Shown piece by piece: positions 59,904-64,000 of a DNA stretch of 64,000 nucleotides (its first letter is position 1; every line of letters starts with the position of its first letter). This DNA comes from an uncultured Chloroflexia bacterium (GTDB taxonomy: Bacteria > Chloroflexota > Limnocylindria > Limnocylindrales > CSP1-4). Position numbers and translations under genes: made by a program. The stretch spans positions 75,680 through 139,679 of the forward strand of contig CAWJQZ010000033.1 in assembly GCA_963844945.1 (NCBI GenBank), written 5' to 3'. The notes beneath the pieces were generated by a model, which saw nothing but the letters and a program-made list of their open reading frames with translations, had not been told where the DNA came from and did not search any database.

Positions 59904-61750
59904 ATGCGCACCGCGCTCGCTCGGTCCGCTGCCATCCTCGTCGCGGCCGCACTCGTCGCATCCTGCGGATCCGCCCCGACGACCCCGCCGGCGCCATCGG
60001 CCTCTGCGGGCCCCTCCGCGACCCGGCGGCCGCCCAGCCCTCGCCGCCGCCGGTCGCCACGGCCGCGCCCGTGACGCCCGCCCCTCCGCAGCCGAGCCCG
60101 ACGGCCGCCCCCTCGCCCACGGCCACGCCCACGCCGGCGGACGTGCCGCTGGCGCCGGGGGACATCGTCCGCACGACGATGGACGACATCTTCATGCGAG
60201 CGGAACCGCGGATCGCCCAGGACTCGGCCGCGTACGCGCCCCTCCTCCAGGCGGGCACGGAGCTCGAGATCATGGAAGGCCCGACCACGGCGGACGGCTA
60301 TGTCTGGTACCGGGCGCGGCCGACGAACGTGACCATGCTCGAGGGTCCCGGCTCAGGCTGGGTGGCCGTCGGCCGGCCGGACGGCCTGTGGATCACCCCG
60401 GCCGCGGCCTCGATCGGCGGCATCGAGCTGGCGCGCGCGACCGTCCCGCGCACGTCCCCGGATCCGGCGGCCGCGCGCGAGGCGGCGGCGTCCATCAACG
60501 CGTTCGGCGTGGACCTCTACCGCAGGGCGCTGACGGACGGGACGCTCGATCCCGCGAAGGGAGCCGTCATCTCCCCGGCGAGCATCGTCCTCGCGCTCGC
60601 GATGGCGCGGGCGGGGGCGAAGGGCGAGACGGCCGCGCAGATGGATCGCGTCCTGCACACCGCAGGATGGGACGCGCTCGCCTCCGGCCTGAACAGCCTC
60701 GACCAGCTGCTCGCGTCACGGAACGCGACGTTCGTGGACGAGACGGGGAGGCCTCACGAGCTGACGCTGCGCATCGCGAACGCCGCGTTCGGCCAGCAGG
60801 GCTGGGCGATCGAGCAGGGCTACCTCGACGCGATCGCGGCCGCGTTCGGGTCGGGCCTCCAGCTCGTCGACTTCGAGCGCCAGACCGAGGCCGCCCGGCA
60901 GGCGATCAACGCCTGGGTGTCGGTGCGGACACGGGGACGGATCCCCGAGCTCCTCGGCCCCGGGACGGTCAACGACCTCACCCGGCTCGTGCTCGTGAAC
61001 GCCATCTACCTGAAGGCCCCGTGGCTCACCGAGTTCGAGGAGGGCGCGACACGGCCGGCGCCGTTCACCCGGCTCGACGGGTCGACGGAGGACGTGCCGA
61101 CGATGCACCGGTTCGGCGAGCAGGAGATCCCGTACACCCGCGGGACCGGCTGGCAGGCGACGGAGCTCGACCTCAACGGAGGGGAGGGCACCGCGCCGCT
61201 CGCCATGACGTTCGTCCTCCCGGACGACCTCGCGGCGTTCGAGGGCAGGCTCTCCGCCGCCCAGATCGGCCGGATCACCGGCGCGCTGACGACGGAACGC
61301 AAGCGCCTCCAGAACGTGACGTACACGGGCCTCTCCTACGAGGAGACGGGCGAGCTCGACTGTGGCACGTATCCCTACGCGGTCGATCTCTCCCTCCCGC
61401 GGTTCGGCGTCGCGACCGGCCCGAAGGACGTCAAGGACTCACTCAAGTCGCTCGGCATGACCGACGCGTTCGACGCGCGCTCTGCGGACCTCTCCGGCAT
61501 CACCACTGTCGAGGATCTGTTCATCTCGTTCGTCATCCACCAGGCGAACATCGACGTGGACGAGAAGGGCGTCGAGGCGGCCGCAGCCACCGCCGTGGGA
61601 GCCTCGACCACGGGCGGCTGTGGCGGGCCCTCGCCGCTGAAGACGATCACGCTGCGCTTCGACCGGCCGTTCCTCTTCTTCGTCCGGGACGTGGAGACCG
61701 GCGCGATCCTCTTCATGGGCCGGGTCGCCGACCCGAGCGTGCGGAGCTGA
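59904..61750 (+). pseudogene. Serpin (serine protease inhibitor) with a lipoprotein signal, a Pro/Ala linker and an SH3b-like N-terminal domain; one frame switch near 60000-60030
   Basis: ATG 59904 gives MRTALARSAAILVAAALVASCGS (lipobox) in the 59313 frame. ORF 59804..61750 follows. Its SH3b-like part is GDIVRTTMDDIFMRAEPR...GTELEIMEGPTTADGYVWYRA...GWVAVG. Its serpin core is FGVDLYR, ISPASIVLALAMARAGAKGETAAQM, LVLVNAIYLKAPW, the hinge DEKGVEAAAATAV and FDRPFLFFVRD. Confidence 0.85.
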
Positions 61751-61754
61751 CGGG

Positions 61755-63805
61755 ATGCACCGCCCGACGATCGCGGTCCGCCCGGGTCGACCGCCGCCTC
61801 CGCGCCGGCGTCACCGTGGCTGCCGTCACCGTGCTCTGCGTGGCGTGCGGCGGCGCCCCGGGCACGACGCCGGGTGGCGCCGGATCCCCCGCCCCGGCCT
61901 CGGCCGGGGCGACGGCAACGCTCGCCGCCCGGACCTCCACGCCGGCCTCGGGCGCGCAGCCCCTCATCCCGCCGTCTTCCTCGCCATCGCCGGACGCGAC
62001 CCCGGCGGCCTACGTGTCCGCGAGCGGGGTCGTCGGGAAGTGGGTCGCCCTCGGGCGCCTGCCGGTCGGCCCGGGCGGCGGGGTCGTCGACCGGCTCGTC
62101 GCGCTGCCGGACGGACGGATCCTCGTGACCGGCGCGTTCCCGGGTCCGGAGACCCGCGCGCTCGTCTTCGATCCGGTCGCCAGGACGTGGACGCCGAGCC
62201 CCGTCGAGGTCGACCCGCGTGACGCGGTCGTCGTCCGGCCCGACGGGAGCGTCTTCGTCGCGGGCGCGTCGGATGCGACCGTCTGGCGCGACCTCGCCTA
62301 CGGCGTCGGCTCGAGCCACCCGTCGCGTCACGGGCTCGCGCCATCGGCCGCGGCGCTCGACGACGGCCGGATCCTCGTCGCCGGGGGGTGCATCCCGAGG
62401 AAGGCGGCCTCCGGGGACGCGCGGGGACGACTCGCCGGTGGGCGGCGACGCGATCAGGGCCGCGGAGATCCGGGACCTGGATCCATCGACGGGTCGCGAC
62501 GTCGCCGCGCCGACCGCCGACCTCGGCCGCGCGCGCGTCGGTGCTCCGGCCGCCACGCTCGCGGACGGGCGGGTGCTCGTGGCGGGCTCGGTCACCGCGC
62601 ATCAGTTCTCGTTCTCGGACGAGGCGGCGATGCGGTGTGCGCGCCGGACCCGGCCGGCGACGCGGAGTGGACGGCCGACGTCTGGGACCCGGCGACCGGG
62701 CGGTTCATCCCGACCGGCGCGATCCCGGAGCCCGATCGGGCCGCCGTGGCGGCGCTGGGGATCGAGCTGCCGGACGGCCGGCCCCAGGTGGACGACGGGG
62801 GCCGGCTCGTTCCCCTCCTCGACGGGGGTGCGCTGCTGCTCGACAGGCGCGAGAGCTGGTCCGTCGGCGTGGAGGACCCCGCACGCAGCTGGCCGGTCGA
62901 GACGCAGCTGACACGGTCTCTCCGGTACGACGCGGCGTCCGACGCCTGGCGCGAGATCGGGCTGTCGTACGTACGGCAGGCGGACGACCAACGCGGCGCA
63001 GAGCGCCAGGAGGCGGCGGTCGCGCGCCTCGCGGACGGCCGGGTGCTCGTGGCGGGCGGCGGCCCGTACTACCGAGACGCGATCCGCTGGGCCGACCTGT
63101 ACGACCCCGCCACCGGCCTCTGGCTCCCGGTCACGCCGCTGCCGGAGGCCATCGGGCCTGCCGCGGCGGTCGCCATGCCCGACGGCTCCGCGATCCTCGT
63201 CGGATCGACAGAGGAGGACTACCGCACCGACGGCCCGCCGGAGCTGGTCGCGTTCGGGTTCCTCCTCGCGGCCCCGCCCGGCACCGCCTCGGACCAGGGT
63301 GCGTCGGGCTCGGCGCCGACCCCGCCCCCCGCGGGTGCGTGCCCGGAGGCCGTCACGCCGTCGTCGCTCGCCGCGATGGAGCCGGGCCTTCGCATCGCCT
63401 GCTTCGGCGGCCGGGACCTGGTCCTCGACGCCGACGTCGTGATCGCGACGGGCATGATCGTCGACAGGGTCCCGTTCGAGACGCCCGCGACCTTCCGCCA
63501 GGTGCGGCGACCGTCACCCGAGGGGGACTACGAGACGACGTGGCCGGTCCTCATCGTGGATCCCGGCTCGACCGTCGACGACCCCGGCGACCTGGCTCCC
63601 ACTGGTGGTCGCCGACGGGACCGAGGTGCCGTCGGCGCTGGACGAGACGTCGCGGGTGCACGCCCGCCTCACCGGCCACGTCGATGACACGGCGGCGTCC
63701 GCCTGTCTCCGACCGAGCACCGGCTGGCCGGAGCTCACCGACGAGCAGGCCGTCCTCGTCTGTCGCTCGACCTTCGTCGTCACGCGGATCGAACCGCTCG
63801 ACTGA
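61755..63805 (+). pseudogene. Kelch-repeat/beta-propeller-like lipoprotein of unknown function with at least 4 frame switches
   Basis: ATG 61755 lies 4 nt after the serpin stop. The lipobox VTVAAVTVLCVACGG is in the 59743..63687 frame. Recurrent motifs include DGRILVTGA, DGSVFVAGA, DGRILVAGG, DGRVLVAGS (62219 frame) and DGRVLVAGGG...LYDPATGLW. The C-terminus is in ORF 63605..63805. Confidence 0.6.
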
Positions 63806-63888
63806 CCGGCGCTCGGCCGGCCGACGGGACCGGGTCACAGCGACGCCCGGCACTCCCCGGATCGACCGTCGGAGCGCATCCTGACGTC

Positions 63889-64000
63889 GTGTTCTTCCCC
63901 GTCGAGGACTGGCTCCGGGCCTTCCTCCTCACCCTCGTGGTCGAGGTCCCGGTCGCCGCGTACCTCCTGCGCCGGGCCGAGCCCGACCGTCTCCGCCTCC
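63889..64000 (+). CDS. 5' fragment of a probable membrane protein, continuing beyond the window
   Basis: My translation from GTG 63889 gives VFFPVEDWLRAFLLTLVVEVPVAAYLLRRAEPDRLRL, a hydrophobic helix. It is too short for any assignment. Confidence 0.25.
   Translation, partial: MFFPVEDWLRAFLLTLVVEVPVAAYLLRRAEPDRLRL

Noticed and set aside
59743-63687. A single 1314-aa plus-strand ORF spanning the serpin and the downstream gene.
   Set aside because: It is a chimera. Over 59743-61750 it is an out-of-frame read-through of the serpin region with non-protein-like sequence. Only from ~61800 onward does it carry real coding sequence, the Kelch-like lipoprotein, and even there it alternates with other frames.
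1-64000. Programmed ribosomal frameshifting, or an alternative genetic code with TAG read-through, as the explanation for the broken ORFs.
   Set aside because: There are far too many switches, in both +1 and -1 directions, with no shared slippery heptamer or downstream structure. I saw only a single in-frame TAG. Indel errors or decay are much more parsimonious.

Overview
64-kb window of a very GC-rich bacterial chromosome. Gene content, including the MSMEG_4193/DUF3090/SCO1664 trio, a VKOR homologue and strong GGAGG-type ribosome-binding sites, suggests Actinomycetota or a related high-GC lineage; this is inference only. Left to right: (1) an L-rhamnose block with a DeoR regulator, rhaB, a PHP-like gene and an aldolase/SDR-like fragment on the minus strand, divergent from rhaD; (2) a CUT2-type sugar ABC transporter; (3) an L-fucose block with LacI, fucU, fucI and an FGGY kinase; (4) a PfkB kinase; (5) Ada/AlkA plus Ogt alkylation repair; (6) a LacI-gated operon encoding a GDP-mannose-3,5-epimerase-like SDR, a small GHMP-like kinase and a tandem cytidylyltransferase-fold protein; (7) a ScpB-like crotonase; (8) a DrrAB-like ABC exporter; (9) a repeat lipoprotein; (10) a membrane class III nucleotide cyclase with a beta-propeller ectodomain plus a DUF2325-like Cys-rich protein; (11) nadB, nadC and nadA plus a CX5R phosphatase; (12) a Pat-like ADP-forming acyl-CoA synthetase/GNAT fusion; (13) an HSL-type esterase; (14) two tandem paralogous small secreted proteins; (15) an arrestin/Spo0M-like protein and a small wHTH protein; (16) an alpha/beta hydrolase; (17) an FCY1-type cytosine deaminase; (18) membrane and lipoprotein genes; (19) the phosphomutase/DUF3090/SCO1664 trio; (20) a VKOR gene flanked by two paralogous Ig-like secreted proteins; (21) a LonC-type protease; (22) a ~1240-aa GH13-like protein; (23) a VIT1/CCC1 transporter; (24) a class III aminotransferase; (25) a lipoprotein serpin and a Kelch-like lipoprotein. 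I recognised no rRNA, tRNA, CRISPR array, transposase or phage genes. The dominant peculiarity is that roughly two thirds of the genes can only be reconstructed by hopping between reading frames of the ORF track. My manual, approximate count is about 70 frame switches, and they are strongly clustered. These genes are labelled pseudogene here, but uncorrected assembly indels are the most likely cause. The most interesting candidate system is the LacI-gated kinase / nucleotidyltransferase / epimerase operon at 17.6-21.4 kb. It has the logic of a Leloir pathway but is built from non-orthologous enzyme families.
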